Shown here piece by piece: positions 26,942-37,002 of a DNA stretch of 64,000 nt. Each line of letters opens with the position of its first letter. Within the stretch, counting starts at the first letter, position 1. The position numbers and the translations under genes were made by a program. The notes beneath the pieces were generated by a model that did not search any database, had not been told where the DNA came from, and worked only from the letters and a program-made list of their open reading frames with translations. This stretch comes from Candidatus Enterousia sp. (GTDB lineage: Bacteria > Pseudomonadota > Alphaproteobacteria > Rs-D84), in the NCBI GenBank assembly GCA_045651525.1, contig JAZRSO010000002.1:4837-68836 (forward strand). Direction: 5' to 3'.

Positions 26942-27874
26942 TTAACGCATACGTGAAATACGCGACATCTTCATTTGTGCTTTTATTTTTTCCAATTTTC
27001 TTGCTTCGTCTATTTTTTTCTGTCGCTGTGCATGACTTTGATAGAAAGCATTTATCTTGTCACGCTGGGTGCGCAGTAATTCAGAACGTTCTTGTTCCTG
27101 ACGACGCAACAAGTTTTGAAATTCTGCAAAATTTGTGACACCTATTTGTTCTTCTTCGTGTCTTTTGCGCATTCCGGCCATTTCGTTATCATGCAACTGA
27201 CGTAATAAATCGCGCGTTTTTTTATGATTTGATTCTGCCCGCGCTGTAATATCACGTCTGGCAGTGACAGCATTAGAAACAGTACCAGCAGATGCGTACA
27301 AATTATATTCCTGCAACATTTGCACAGAACCTGTTTTCATAACATCACGTGCAACTTTTGGCACCATACAAACACGTGTCATAGATACAAGCTGCTGCAA
27401 TTCTTTATACAATTCCGACACAACAGGTAACAACGTATTTTCTGATGGAATTGATGCAATTCGTTCAAAATATCGGAATATGGCAGCAACTTTTCTGTAC
27501 TGCGCCATATACTGTTGCGACATACCGCGCATTGGTTTTACAATAAACAGTCTGTCGTATGGATGTTTATATTTTTTTGTCTGTTTATCTATCACACCAT
27601 GCAAATATTTTGGAATCACAGCACCCGGAAGATACAAATCATTACATACATCGTGTATTTGTTTTGCGTATATTGTGTGCGGTCTGTCTGTTGAATACAT
27701 ACCAAAAACAGCATAAGCAAAGCGAATGATTTTCCCCAAAGAACTGCTGCCTGCGAAAATATTATCGTGCATAAATTTGATATATTCATACCTTGACCGA
27801 GTGTCCATATTCGCAGTCAGTTCATTAAATATTTGTTCTGGTGTTTTGTTTAAAATATTTTTATCTGTTTCCAT
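26942..27874 (-). CDS. Hypothetical protein with C-terminal coiled coil
   Basis: Long ORF, start METDK; ends SRISRMR. Confidence 0.75.
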   Translation of the reverse strand: METDKNILNKTPEQIFNELTANMDTRSRYEYIKFMHDNIFAGSSSLGKIIRFAYAVFGMYSTDRPHTIYAKQIHDVCNDLYLPGAVIPKYLHGVIDKQTKKYKHPYDRLFIVKPMRGMSQQYMAQYRKVAAIFRYFERIASIPSENTLLPVVSELYKELQQLVSMTRVCMVPKVARDVMKTGSVQMLQEYNLYASAGTVSNAVTARRDITARAESNHKKTRDLLRQLHDNEMAGMRKRHEEEQIGVTNFAEFQNLLRRQEQERSELLRTQRDKINAFYQSHAQRQKKIDEARKLEKIKAQMKMSRISRMR

Positions 27875-27934
27875 TTTACTACCTATATCAAAATTATATA
27901 AAAAAAGCCCCATATTTACAAGGGGCTTTTCGCT

Positions 27935-30900
27935 TTACTTACGAAATTTTGGTTTCCATCTGCGCGCACGTTCAACCAGTACAAACAACGCAGGTGTAAG
28001 TGTAAATGTGAACAACAAACTTGCCAACATACCACCAATCATAACCGCACCCATCGCAACCTTCATTCCGTCCACAGACCATAACTGTGGCACCATACCC
28101 GCGACAACCGCGATTGATGTCATCAAGACCATATTCTTTTTATCTTTTAATTCTGACCACAGCGCTTCAAATGGTTTTTCACCACTGTTCACACGGTTGA
28201 TTGTTGGTTCCAGCACCAAAATATTATTATTTACCACCAAACCAACCAACATAACGAACGCCAACATCGCACCAATATTTGTGGTAGCACCCGTCAAGAA
28301 CATCATTACAAACACGCCTGAAAAACTGGTAAAAATAGATGTCGCAATCGTAAATGGATGCGCCAAAGAATTCAGAATCGCAGCCAATAACATATACGTC
28401 AAAATCGTTGCCAACAAGAACGCCTTGCCAATTTCAGACGCTGCTTCGGCCTGATATTCAGACATACCACCAAATTCATAATAATAACCTGGTTTCCAAT
28501 CTATTTTTGCCAGTTCTGATTCAATTTTTGCCTGAACAGGCCCCATCGTAGATTTACCGATGTTTATGTCAACTTCGGTCAATCTGTTTTTATTTTGACG
28601 ACGAATATCAGGTGTTGCAGGCACTGTTTTAATTGTACCCAACTCAGACAATGGAACCATACCTTTGTACGAATTTACATACACATTATCAAACAAAGCG
28701 GCATTTTTAAATGGTTTTGCAAATTCCAATATTATTGGATATTCTTCACCTTTTTCTTTGTATTTATATGTGTCATTTCCATACAATGCTGTACGCAAAG
28801 TTGTACCAGCATACGCATTTTGCACACCCCAGAAATTCATCTTTTCTTGGTCTGGCACAAATTGAGTTTCCATTGCAGGCAACTGTTGCGCGCGAACAGC
28901 AGATTGGACTTCGGATATATTGTTTGCAATTTCAATAATTTTATTTGCATAACCTTCACGAATTGCGTCATCTTCACCGTACACATTCAGTACCAAGTCT
29001 GCACTGACACTGTTAGAGCGTGCTTCGCCTGCACGAATTTGAATTTCTGCATCTGGAATTTCAGACAGTACAGGCAACATACGTTGAACCAATTTTTTAT
29101 CTGATATATCACGTTCTGATGCATCAACCAATTCAACAATAACAGTGATATTCTGCATACCGCGTTCACCGATTTTTACAGTGGTTGCAGATACTTCGGG
29201 GAATTGTTTTAAAGTGTCTTCAATTTGTATCGCAATGGATTCTGATTTTTCATAAACAGACCCCATTGGCGCACGCGCAGTAATTACAATTTCATTTGCA
29301 TCAATTGATGGCGAAAATTCATTACCAACAAATTTCATCAGCATACTTGACCCAATAAATATCGCAACCGCCATACCAACAACGCGCCAAGGATGCGCAA
29401 ACTGAAAACCAAACCAGCGATACAACCAACTGTGTTCAAGTGTTGCACGTTCGGCCTTGACAGTTTGTTTTTTCTCTTTCTTTTTATCACCTGTCAAACG
29501 CAAGAACACAGCAATCATCATCGGTGTCAATGTAAACGAGAACATCAAAGACAACAGCGTCAAATACACAACAGTCATACCAAACTGAACCATAAACTGA
29601 CCGATAATACCTGCCATAAACGCCAGTGGCAAGAACACAACAACATTCGTTCCAACACCCGCCAAAACAGATACTGCAACTTTCTTGGTTCCGTCAATTG
29701 CGGCATCTTCTGGTTTTTTGCCAGCGTGCATTTCTTGCAAGGCAGATTCAATCAAAATAATCGCATTAGATACCAATGTACCCAGCGCCGAAGAATACGC
29801 CAACAATGTAAGTGCGTTAATTGTAAAATTACTTTTATCCATAAAGAAGAAACCAGCAATCAATGACGCAGGAATAACAACACCTGCGATAACCGTTGAA
29901 CGCCAGTTGCGTGTAAATGCCAACAATACCAGTACTGTCAACAATACACCCAGTATAATACCATTGATTGTACTGTCTGTTTCATCAGATATCGCAGTTG
30001 AAGAATCAGATGCAATCAACATCGTTGTATCCGGGAATCTGGATTTCACATCCGCTTCCAGTTCTGGCATTTTTTCGCGCAACGCACGTGATATATTTAT
30101 CGCATTACCATCCGAAGATTTAACAACAGATGCAACAACAACAGATTCACCGTTGTATCGCGCGCCTGTTTCAATATCACGCGCACCATCTGTAATTGTC
30201 GCAATATCAGACAGTTTAAATTTGTTTCCTTCGACGGTGGTCAATTGCAGATTTTTTATTTCTTCAATAGATGCAAATTCACCAACAAAACGAACATTCA
30301 AAGAATTACGACTGGTTTCTATCTTTCCACCTGGAACATTCAGGTTATAAGATCCCAATGCAGAAACAACATCCATTACTGTTACGCCATTTGCCGCCAT
30401 TGTATCAGGATTCATCGCAATACGAATCGCGCGTTGCAGACCACCAAAAACAGATACGCTTGCAACACCAGGGATAGCTGTTATTTTATTTGACAATATA
30501 TCATCAACATATTCTTCCAAGGCACGTTTATCAGAACCTTGTAAAACAATATCAACAACCGACTGTTGCAATGGGTTCAACTTTTCAATAATCGGTTGTT
30601 CCATATCCTGTGGGAATTCAGATACCAGCGCATCGATTTTTGTTTTAACTTCATTTGCCTTGTCAAAAACGTTGACCCCCAGGTTAAATTCCGCCATAAC
30701 CATCGCACTGTTTTCATAAATATACGATATTGTACGCTTTAATTCAGACACTTCGGAAATAGCATCTTCGGCACGCTTCACAACCTGAGATTCTAATTCC
30801 TGGGGGGCAGCACCTGGATAAATAAATGTCGCAGTCACCATTGGAAAATCCAACGCAGGCGTACGTTCAATATTCATATTTGGGAAAGACACTAATCCCA

Positions 30901-30964
30901 ATACAACCCATACCAAGACAAACATCAATGTTGTAATTGGTCTGCGAACAAAAAACTTTAACAT
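27935..30964 (-). CDS. RND (AcrB/AcrD/AcrF family) efflux permease
   Basis: RRPITT, YPGAAPQELE, NVPGG, two sets of TM helices, GLVVNNNILV. Confidence 0.95.
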   Translation of the reverse strand: MLKFFVRRPITTLMFVLVWVVLGLVSFPNMNIERTPALDFPMVTATFIYPGAAPQELESQVVKRAEDAISEVSELKRTISYIYENSAMVMAEFNLGVNVFDKANEVKTKIDALVSEFPQDMEQPIIEKLNPLQQSVVDIVLQGSDKRALEEYVDDILSNKITAIPGVASVSVFGGLQRAIRIAMNPDTMAANGVTVMDVVSALGSYNLNVPGGKIETSRNSLNVRFVGEFASIEEIKNLQLTTVEGNKFKLSDIATITDGARDIETGARYNGESVVVASVVKSSDGNAINISRALREKMPELEADVKSRFPDTTMLIASDSSTAISDETDSTINGIILGVLLTVLVLLAFTRNWRSTVIAGVVIPASLIAGFFFMDKSNFTINALTLLAYSSALGTLVSNAIILIESALQEMHAGKKPEDAAIDGTKKVAVSVLAGVGTNVVVFLPLAFMAGIIGQFMVQFGMTVVYLTLLSLMFSFTLTPMMIAVFLRLTGDKKKEKKQTVKAERATLEHSWLYRWFGFQFAHPWRVVGMAVAIFIGSSMLMKFVGNEFSPSIDANEIVITARAPMGSVYEKSESIAIQIEDTLKQFPEVSATTVKIGERGMQNITVIVELVDASERDISDKKLVQRMLPVLSEIPDAEIQIRAGEARSNSVSADLVLNVYGEDDAIREGYANKIIEIANNISEVQSAVRAQQLPAMETQFVPDQEKMNFWGVQNAYAGTTLRTALYGNDTYKYKEKGEEYPIILEFAKPFKNAALFDNVYVNSYKGMVPLSELGTIKTVPATPDIRRQNKNRLTEVDINIGKSTMGPVQAKIESELAKIDWKPGYYYEFGGMSEYQAEAASEIGKAFLLATILTYMLLAAILNSLAHPFTIATSIFTSFSGVFVMMFLTGATTNIGAMLAFVMLVGLVVNNNILVLEPTINRVNSGEKPFEALWSELKDKKNMVLMTSIAVVAGMVPQLWSVDGMKVAMGAVMIGGMLASLLFTFTLTPALFVLVERARRWKPKFRK

Positions 30965-30976
30965 AACTACACCCCC

Positions 30977-31576
30977 TTATTTATTAATTTTAACTTTGTC
31001 ACCTGATTGAACATTAGACAAGATTACAATGTCACCAGTATTCAAACCTGATTTAATATATGCGTTTTCAGAATCTTGACGCGCAACCACAATATTACGC
31101 GCAACTGCAACACCATTTTCAACAACAAAAACAGAATTATCTGCGATTGCATATAACGGTACAAAGATTCCATCTGTGGTAAATTCTGCAAAATGCAAAC
31201 CGTCAGACACGCCCGATGTGCGAACCAAGAACATACCCGTATTTAAATCAAGACTTTTAGACACAAATGTGATTTTTCCGTTTTCTATTTTTTGACCTGC
31301 ACGCAATTTTTCTGCACGGTCGCCAGACACATATGCGCGATTATTTTTTACAGACAATGGTTCGTATAATGTTCCCTGTGCAACCTGGACTGTCATTGTT
31401 TCAACAGGTGCGCCAACCGCCATCGCCGCGCGCGACGCATTAAAGACATGACGTTTATTTTCTGCAGCAAATGCCACAAATCTAAATATTACCCAACAGG
31501 TCATTATTGCAACCAGCGCAATAAAAAACGCGTGTTTAAATTTCTTTTTTTGAAGAACCTTTTGTATCTTATCCAT
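30977..31576 (-). CDS. Shortened periplasmic adaptor (MFP-like)
   Basis: Between TolC and RND genes; N-terminal TM; 'VPLYAI..VFVVENG..GLNTGDIVI' membrane-proximal pattern. Confidence 0.75.
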   Translation of the reverse strand: MDKIQKVLQKKKFKHAFFIALVAIMTCWVIFRFVAFAAENKRHVFNASRAAMAVGAPVETMTVQVAQGTLYEPLSVKNNRAYVSGDRAEKLRAGQKIENGKITFVSKSLDLNTGMFLVRTSGVSDGLHFAEFTTDGIFVPLYAIADNSVFVVENGVAVARNIVVARQDSENAYIKSGLNTGDIVILSNVQSGDKVKINK

Positions 31577-31578
31577 TT

Positions 31579-32910
31579 TTATTCACCTAGCTTTTTTACC
31601 GATTCCGCAGACATTAAAATTCTGTACTTTGTATTTAACAATGCAATATCTAACTGATACAAACCAGCAGACACATCCGCCAATTCAATCGCAGATGTTT
31701 GACCAGACGCAAAACGATTTTGCGACAATTTGTATGTTTGTGATGCCAAATCACGTGCCTGAGTCAACGTTTCCAAATTACCACGCAATCTGTCGTATTG
31801 CGCGATTGCATTGTTATATTGTTCTGTTGTCAGTTTCTTGGCCTGGTCCAAGTCTTGTTGGGCGGCGATCGCGTTCATCGCCTCAACAGTGGCGTTGGCA
31901 CGATTTAGACCGCCGCTGAACAACGGCACTTGTAATGCCAATCCCCAGTATGCAGACTGACTGCCTTTTTTATCAAACATGTGACCCACATCTTCGGACA
32001 TTGACATATAACTGTAATTCGCAGTTGCCGCCAATGTTGGATATGCGTTTGCACGTTTTGACCGCGCCAAGCGTTCGTACATATTTACCTGTTCGCCAAG
32101 TATTTCCCACTGTGGCGTTGTTTTTAATTCGCCTGCATTTAATTCGGCAAATTCTGATGGAAATTCGTCTGTCAAAACCAACGGTTCAGAAACATCGATA
32201 CCTGCCATAATTTTCAACATTCTGTGGGCGGTATCACGATTAAATTCTGCATCAGAAACGTTGATTTGTTTTGATGCGATATCAGATTCAATTTTCAACA
32301 AATTACTGCGATTTGCGCGCCCTGCAGATGTCAAACTTTTTTTGGCTGCGCGCGCATTTGCCAAATCTTGTTTTGCCAGTTTTACAATTTCATCTGTCAT
32401 TTTGGCAGTCCAATATAAATCTGTGGCCGCATATGTTACTTCGCGACGTGTCATTTCTTTGGACGCCTGGGACATTTTAATCGCAGACTTTACAGATTTT
32501 ACCGCGTTACCAATTTTACCAAATGTATAAATTGGCTGTGTCAAAGACAGACCCGCCTGGAAAATATTATCAGGAATAGATATGCTGACTGATTGGTCTT
32601 TTAAGCTTTCTGAAATAAATCCACCCAATGCCGGTGGCAAATCAATAGTCTTGGATTCTGATGGATTTTCCAAATTTACCAAGTTCATATAAGACACAGA
32701 ACCATCCAACTTAAACCAACGGTTGGCGTTTGCGGCATCCAACGAGGCCTCGGCCTTTCTCAGGTTTGCATCGGCCTTTTTCAAATCATGCGATTCTGAT
32801 ACAATTTTTTCAACCGCATTTGCCAGCGACAAATCCATCGCACCTGCCGGCAATATAAAAGCACCTGCAAAAACAGATGCAATCATTATCATCAATTTTT
32901 GTTTATTCAT
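31579..32910 (-). CDS. TolC-family outer membrane efflux protein
   Basis: Signal peptide; LTQPIYTFG, YPTL, LQVPLFSGG, RFASGQTS. Confidence 0.93.
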   Translation of the reverse strand: MNKQKLMIMIASVFAGAFILPAGAMDLSLANAVEKIVSESHDLKKADANLRKAEASLDAANANRWFKLDGSVSYMNLVNLENPSESKTIDLPPALGGFISESLKDQSVSISIPDNIFQAGLSLTQPIYTFGKIGNAVKSVKSAIKMSQASKEMTRREVTYAATDLYWTAKMTDEIVKLAKQDLANARAAKKSLTSAGRANRSNLLKIESDIASKQINVSDAEFNRDTAHRMLKIMAGIDVSEPLVLTDEFPSEFAELNAGELKTTPQWEILGEQVNMYERLARSKRANAYPTLAATANYSYMSMSEDVGHMFDKKGSQSAYWGLALQVPLFSGGLNRANATVEAMNAIAAQQDLDQAKKLTTEQYNNAIAQYDRLRGNLETLTQARDLASQTYKLSQNRFASGQTSAIELADVSAGLYQLDIALLNTKYRILMSAESVKKLGE

Positions 32911-33352
32911 TATTCAACTCCACATTTTCAAGGACAGAATTTAATGTACGCAACGCTTCTGTCAGGCGTTTTTCGTCGCCTTTGGAAATATTTGCGAATA
33001 TTTTTTCTGCACCATCGCGAAACAATTCCATCGCATGAATAGATAATTCTGCACCACGTGGCGACACACAATACCAGGTATTGCGTCTGTCTTCGTCATC
33101 AGTGGTACGAACAACCAACCCATCGTGTTCCAGCTTGCGAAATGCCGCACACAAATTTGGCGTTGATACATGTTCACGACGCGCAATATCTTTTAATTTT
33201 GCACGACCACCATTATGCAAACGCACCAATATAGACAATAATTGACGTGGATAGCCGGTTGCCTCAGCCCGATCCAGGCGCAGTTTATCTGCCAGTCTGT
33301 CCAACGTCCAAATATTATTTTCTAAAAGCGTAACAAATTCCTTGCGCGACAT
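32903..33352 (-). CDS. MarR-family transcriptional regulator
   Basis: KLEHDGLVVRTTDDEDRRNTWYCVSPRG winged-helix motif; heads the efflux operon. Confidence 0.9.
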   Translation of the reverse strand: MSRKEFVTLLENNIWTLDRLADKLRLDRAEATGYPRQLLSILVRLHNGGRAKLKDIARREHVSTPNLCAAFRKLEHDGLVVRTTDDEDRRNTWYCVSPRGAELSIHAMELFRDGAEKIFANISKGDEKRLTEALRTLNSVLENVELNNE

Positions 33353-33462
33353 TTTTATCTCCTATATAATAGGGTTGATTGGTAAAATTATTACAAATTT
33401 TAATGATTATAAAATTTAATAAATTTAATTTCAAGTAAAAAATTCACATCGGGGGTAAAAAA

Positions 33463-34074
33463 TTGTTAAACGAACGCATAAAATACACAAAATTATTCTT
33501 TGATGATATTCTGCCAAAGATTCAGCAAATAACAAATCAGTCGCGTTATGGATATCATGGACTGTCACACACAATTCAGGTTGCATTGTTCGCACTTGAT
33601 ATTGCATGCCACATAAACCAAGACCCATTACCTGTACTGTTGGCGGCCGGTCTGCACGACTGTGCCAGAACGAATGATGCATGGTGTATAAATCATGGCC
33701 CAGACGCCGTGCCAATTGGCAGAAAATTCTTGGCCAAACATTATCCGCACCTGTCCCAGGGAACGGTTGAACAAATATTGAACGCCGTTAAAAATCACAC
33801 CACAGGCCGCAACGCAACAGACAATGTATCTGCGTGTCTGTGGGATGGCGACAGAATTCGCCTGTCGTGGGAACGCGGATATAGGGCGGATTTCTTTTCA
33901 ACAGAACGCGGTATGCAGATTGCATCGCTAAACCGGCAAAAACGACCAGAATATATCGCAGAACAAGAAGAATTCTTGGTGCAACACAATATTCGCACCC
34001 GCGACCAAATAGAATTTGACAAATTACAAGATATGATTCAAAACAGCACACAATTTAAATTGCACACACGATAA
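33463..34074 (+). CDS. HD-domain phosphohydrolase
   Basis: HGLSH...LHDCAR...HG...NHT...WDGDR. Confidence 0.85.
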   Translation: MLNERIKYTKLFFDDILPKIQQITNQSRYGYHGLSHTIQVALFALDIACHINQDPLPVLLAAGLHDCARTNDAWCINHGPDAVPIGRKFLAKHYPHLSQGTVEQILNAVKNHTTGRNATDNVSACLWDGDRIRLSWERGYRADFFSTERGMQIASLNRQKRPEYIAEQEEFLVQHNIRTRDQIEFDKLQDMIQNSTQFKLHTR

Positions 34075-34122
34075 AAATGTTATTGCAATTTGTTAAAAGA
34101 TGTTTATAATCATTGACGCAAT

Positions 34123-34196
34123 TGGGGTGTCGTCTAATGGTAGGACAAGAGATTTTGGTTCTCTTTATCATGGTTCGAATCCGTGCGCCCCAACCA
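34123..34196 (+). tRNA. tRNA-Gln(TTG)
   Basis: TGGGGTG...AGAGA-TTTTGGT-TCTCT...GGTTCGAATCC...CGCCCCA-A-CCA; TTGCAA/TATAAT promoter upstream. Confidence 0.97.
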
Positions 34197-34369
34197 AGAT
34201 TCAAACGCCCCTTTTTGGGGCGTTTTAATATTGAATGGGGCCACGGTTCGCAATCTGCAACGCCAGTTGCCGGTTCGACAATGAGTAGATTTGATAAACA
34301 ACGTGCAATCAAATCGTCAGGAATGCCCCGCAGGCATTTATGACGAGGGAATTGAGTGCGCCCCAACCA
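34197..34369 (+). repeat. tRNA-linked repeat unit downstream of tRNA-Gln
   Basis: GTGCGCCCCAACCA (34183-34196) recurs at 34356-34369 (offset 173). Confidence 0.75.
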
Positions 34370-34497
34370 AAATAAAACAATGCCCACAAGGGGCATTTTT
34401 TATTTTGCTATTCGTCACGTATTGTACAATCAGTTACAGTGATTGTACTGCAAAACATTATCAATGTTTTGTATACGTTTCAGAAAATTGCAAATTT

Positions 34498-34527
34498 TTG
34501 ACATTTTCGAACCCTTTGTGTTATAAT
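34498..34527 (+). promoter_or_regulatory. Sigma70-type promoter
   Basis: TTGACA-18nt-TATAAT upstream of 34550. Confidence 0.75.
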
Positions 34528-34549
34528 TGGCGTTGAAAGGGAATACAAT

Positions 34550-35206
34550 ATGGTGATTAATTTTGGAAAACCTGAAATAAAAATAGAGCATGGTAAATGG
34601 GGTATAGGAGACATGAATGTTCATTTTTATGTTTCGCCAGCAATATCCGAAGAACACAAACAAGCTGTACAGGAAGCGATAGATGAGTTCTTTCGTTTAT
34701 TTCCAGATAAAAAAGATTGGTTCAAAATAAAAGAGATGTCATATTCAAACGTAGCAGACATTGTCAAAAATCAACCGGCAACGACAAAAGAAATTACAGA
34801 CCTGCATTTTCATTATTATTGGAATAAGTTTGACGAAATATACAAAGACAACAAGTCGCCATTAACAACTATTTTGGTAATTCCGTATATCTTTGGTTCT
34901 GGCAATAATGGTACTGGTACCAGACAACATTTTTCTACTATTGTACTTGATTTGCAGAATAAAGAACATTTAAAAAGTACAGTTAAGCACGAATTAGGAC
35001 ACCGTTTTGGTGTTGATGAACATTGCACAGATGATCATTGCATTATGAATGCGAGTGGAGTTGGAACACATTTTTGTCCGAAATGTATGGAGATAATGAA
35101 ACTAAGAATTGCACTTATGTTCATGAACAGCAGGCCTTATACTTTTGGCACACCAAAAAAAGAACAAAAAAATTCGTTTGTTTTTGGTGAACCGATAAAA
35201 CGATAA
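34550..35206 (+). CDS. Archaemetzincin-like zinc metalloprotease
   Basis: HELGHRFGVDEHC...CIMN...FCPKC. Confidence 0.8.
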   Translation: MVINFGKPEIKIEHGKWGIGDMNVHFYVSPAISEEHKQAVQEAIDEFFRLFPDKKDWFKIKEMSYSNVADIVKNQPATTKEITDLHFHYYWNKFDEIYKDNKSPLTTILVIPYIFGSGNNGTGTRQHFSTIVLDLQNKEHLKSTVKHELGHRFGVDEHCTDDHCIMNASGVGTHFCPKCMEIMKLRIALMFMNSRPYTFGTPKKEQKNSFVFGEPIKR

Positions 35207-35573
35207 ATTTAATAACTCTAATTTATCATTCAACCTATCAATTTCTTGTCCAATATCTAACAATTCGGCTCGCGAATTGTACATATGACACAATCAAAAA
35301 CAAAACAATGCCCACAAGGGGCATTTTTTTATTTGGATTGCTTGGGTTGCAAAAGTTCGAAAGTTTATTTTTAAAAATCCATGTTCTTTTTTACACTTTC
35401 GAACTTTTGGTTGTTCTTGGCTATATCAACATATTTACATTAATGAAAACAAGTTTGTATCAATACCACAAAAAAAACTTTCGAACTGGTAAAAAGGTTA
35501 GATTTGCAACAATAATATACCCCGCACGACATTACCGTTCAATGTGGTTGTGGTCGGCGGGCGAAACAAATCG

Positions 35574-36851
35574 TTATACCTGTAACATGTTGGTGTTGTT
35601 ATAAATTAACTTATTTTTTGATATATTCTGCCTTAATTGATTATTTGCCATTTCTATCGCTTGTTTTTTATAAACTTCGTATTTAGCAATATTAAAATTA
35701 GACAACTGTTTGCAGTCTGGACATCTTTTTATCAATTCAATATCATTGGTATACTTCACACCTGTTTTATTATCTTTTGCTATATATAATCCCATCTCAT
35801 CAATTTTAATTGATGTCACAAGTTTTCCTTGATTGTCATAATTTTCAAACACAAACGTATTTTCGTGATTTTTGATTTGCTGCTTTTTTACAATACTAAA
35901 TCCACCGGAAGCTCTCGGTATTTTGACACCAATAGACAATATGTTTTCTATATAATTTTGTATATTTAAACTCTCAAAAATATCTTTATATATTTTAAAC
36001 TGCCCGAAACTTAATGGATGTCTCTTAGTCGTGTTGTTTAGAATTGATGTCAAATGGTTTGCCAATCTAGGATAGATTATTTGTAATTGCTTTACTATAT
36101 TGTCAATATCATTTCTATCTGGCTCTTTATCCGCGGAGTACAATCCTGGACCTATTCGGTTTCCATCCAACAAATTATCACCTTTTTTCCGCACATATGG
36201 TGAAATTATACCCTTTAAATCTTCAACTTGTTGATTAAATCGCTCATCTGCTGTATATATAACAATAGAATCTGGTCGATTATATGCTATGTTTTGACTT
36301 TCAGCAACCTTATAACTACATCCGTATTTTACAGCAAACTTATCAAGTCTATTCAGCAAGGTCAAATTTGGGTCTACATTGAGTATAAAACGATGCAATT
36401 CTTTGTTTTGTTTTTTTGCTTCATGATATCCAGAACTTGTTTTAAAAATCCAGCCATCTGGACTTTTAGTAGGATCACCCCCGCCTAATATTTCCAATTC
36501 AGGATTCATAGTTTTCCATTGGTTTATCATCTCAAAGTATAAATACTCATCAGAAATCGGGGCATTTTTCACCGTTCTTCTGAAATCATATATTACACCC
36601 TCCAAAGCTAGCAAAGAAATACCATTAACTGCAATTTCATATTCGTGATAAAGAACAGAATTCAAATTTTTTCCATCTTTAAAATCTGCTTTTGTACTTA
36701 ACCATGTATAATATAAATAAATTTTTGTTATAAACAAATCTTGAAACCCGATGGTTAACCTACGTTTTTTTAAATAATTATCAAAACCATCAAGATACTC
36801 CAATGCTTCCTTTGTAATCCCAGAAAATATTGGATATAAAGTATAATCCAT
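35574..36851 (-). CDS. HopA1-like (phosphothreonine-lyase-fold) protein
   Basis: RFILNV...YKV...RPDSIVIY...GLYSADKEP...SFGQ motif order. Confidence 0.6.
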   Translation of the reverse strand: MDYTLYPIFSGITKEALEYLDGFDNYLKKRRLTIGFQDLFITKIYLYYTWLSTKADFKDGKNLNSVLYHEYEIAVNGISLLALEGVIYDFRRTVKNAPISDEYLYFEMINQWKTMNPELEILGGGDPTKSPDGWIFKTSSGYHEAKKQNKELHRFILNVDPNLTLLNRLDKFAVKYGCSYKVAESQNIAYNRPDSIVIYTADERFNQQVEDLKGIISPYVRKKGDNLLDGNRIGPGLYSADKEPDRNDIDNIVKQLQIIYPRLANHLTSILNNTTKRHPLSFGQFKIYKDIFESLNIQNYIENILSIGVKIPRASGGFSIVKKQQIKNHENTFVFENYDNQGKLVTSIKIDEMGLYIAKDNKTGVKYTNDIELIKRCPDCKQLSNFNIAKYEVYKKQAIEMANNQLRQNISKNKLIYNNTNMLQV

Positions 36852-36931
36852 ATAACAAGCCCTTTGACAAAATTATACCATATTGCTATTGCACTTTCAA
36901 TTCATTATTCTCGCGTTTCGCCCACACACCA

Positions 36932-37002
36932 CAACCAAGATTCAAACGCCCCTTTTTGGGGCGTTTTAAGATTGCGTATAGTCACGGTTCGCAATCCGCA
37001 AC
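36932..37002 (+). repeat. Second copy of the tRNA-Gln 3' end and flank
   Basis: 36932-36969 is identical to 34191-34228 (38 bp); similarity continues through CACGGTTCGCAATC.GCAAC. Confidence 0.9.

Noticed and set aside
35102-35293. 63-aa minus-strand ORF
   Set aside because: Overlaps the protease 3' end in antisense and lacks a clear RBS; at most a gene remnant
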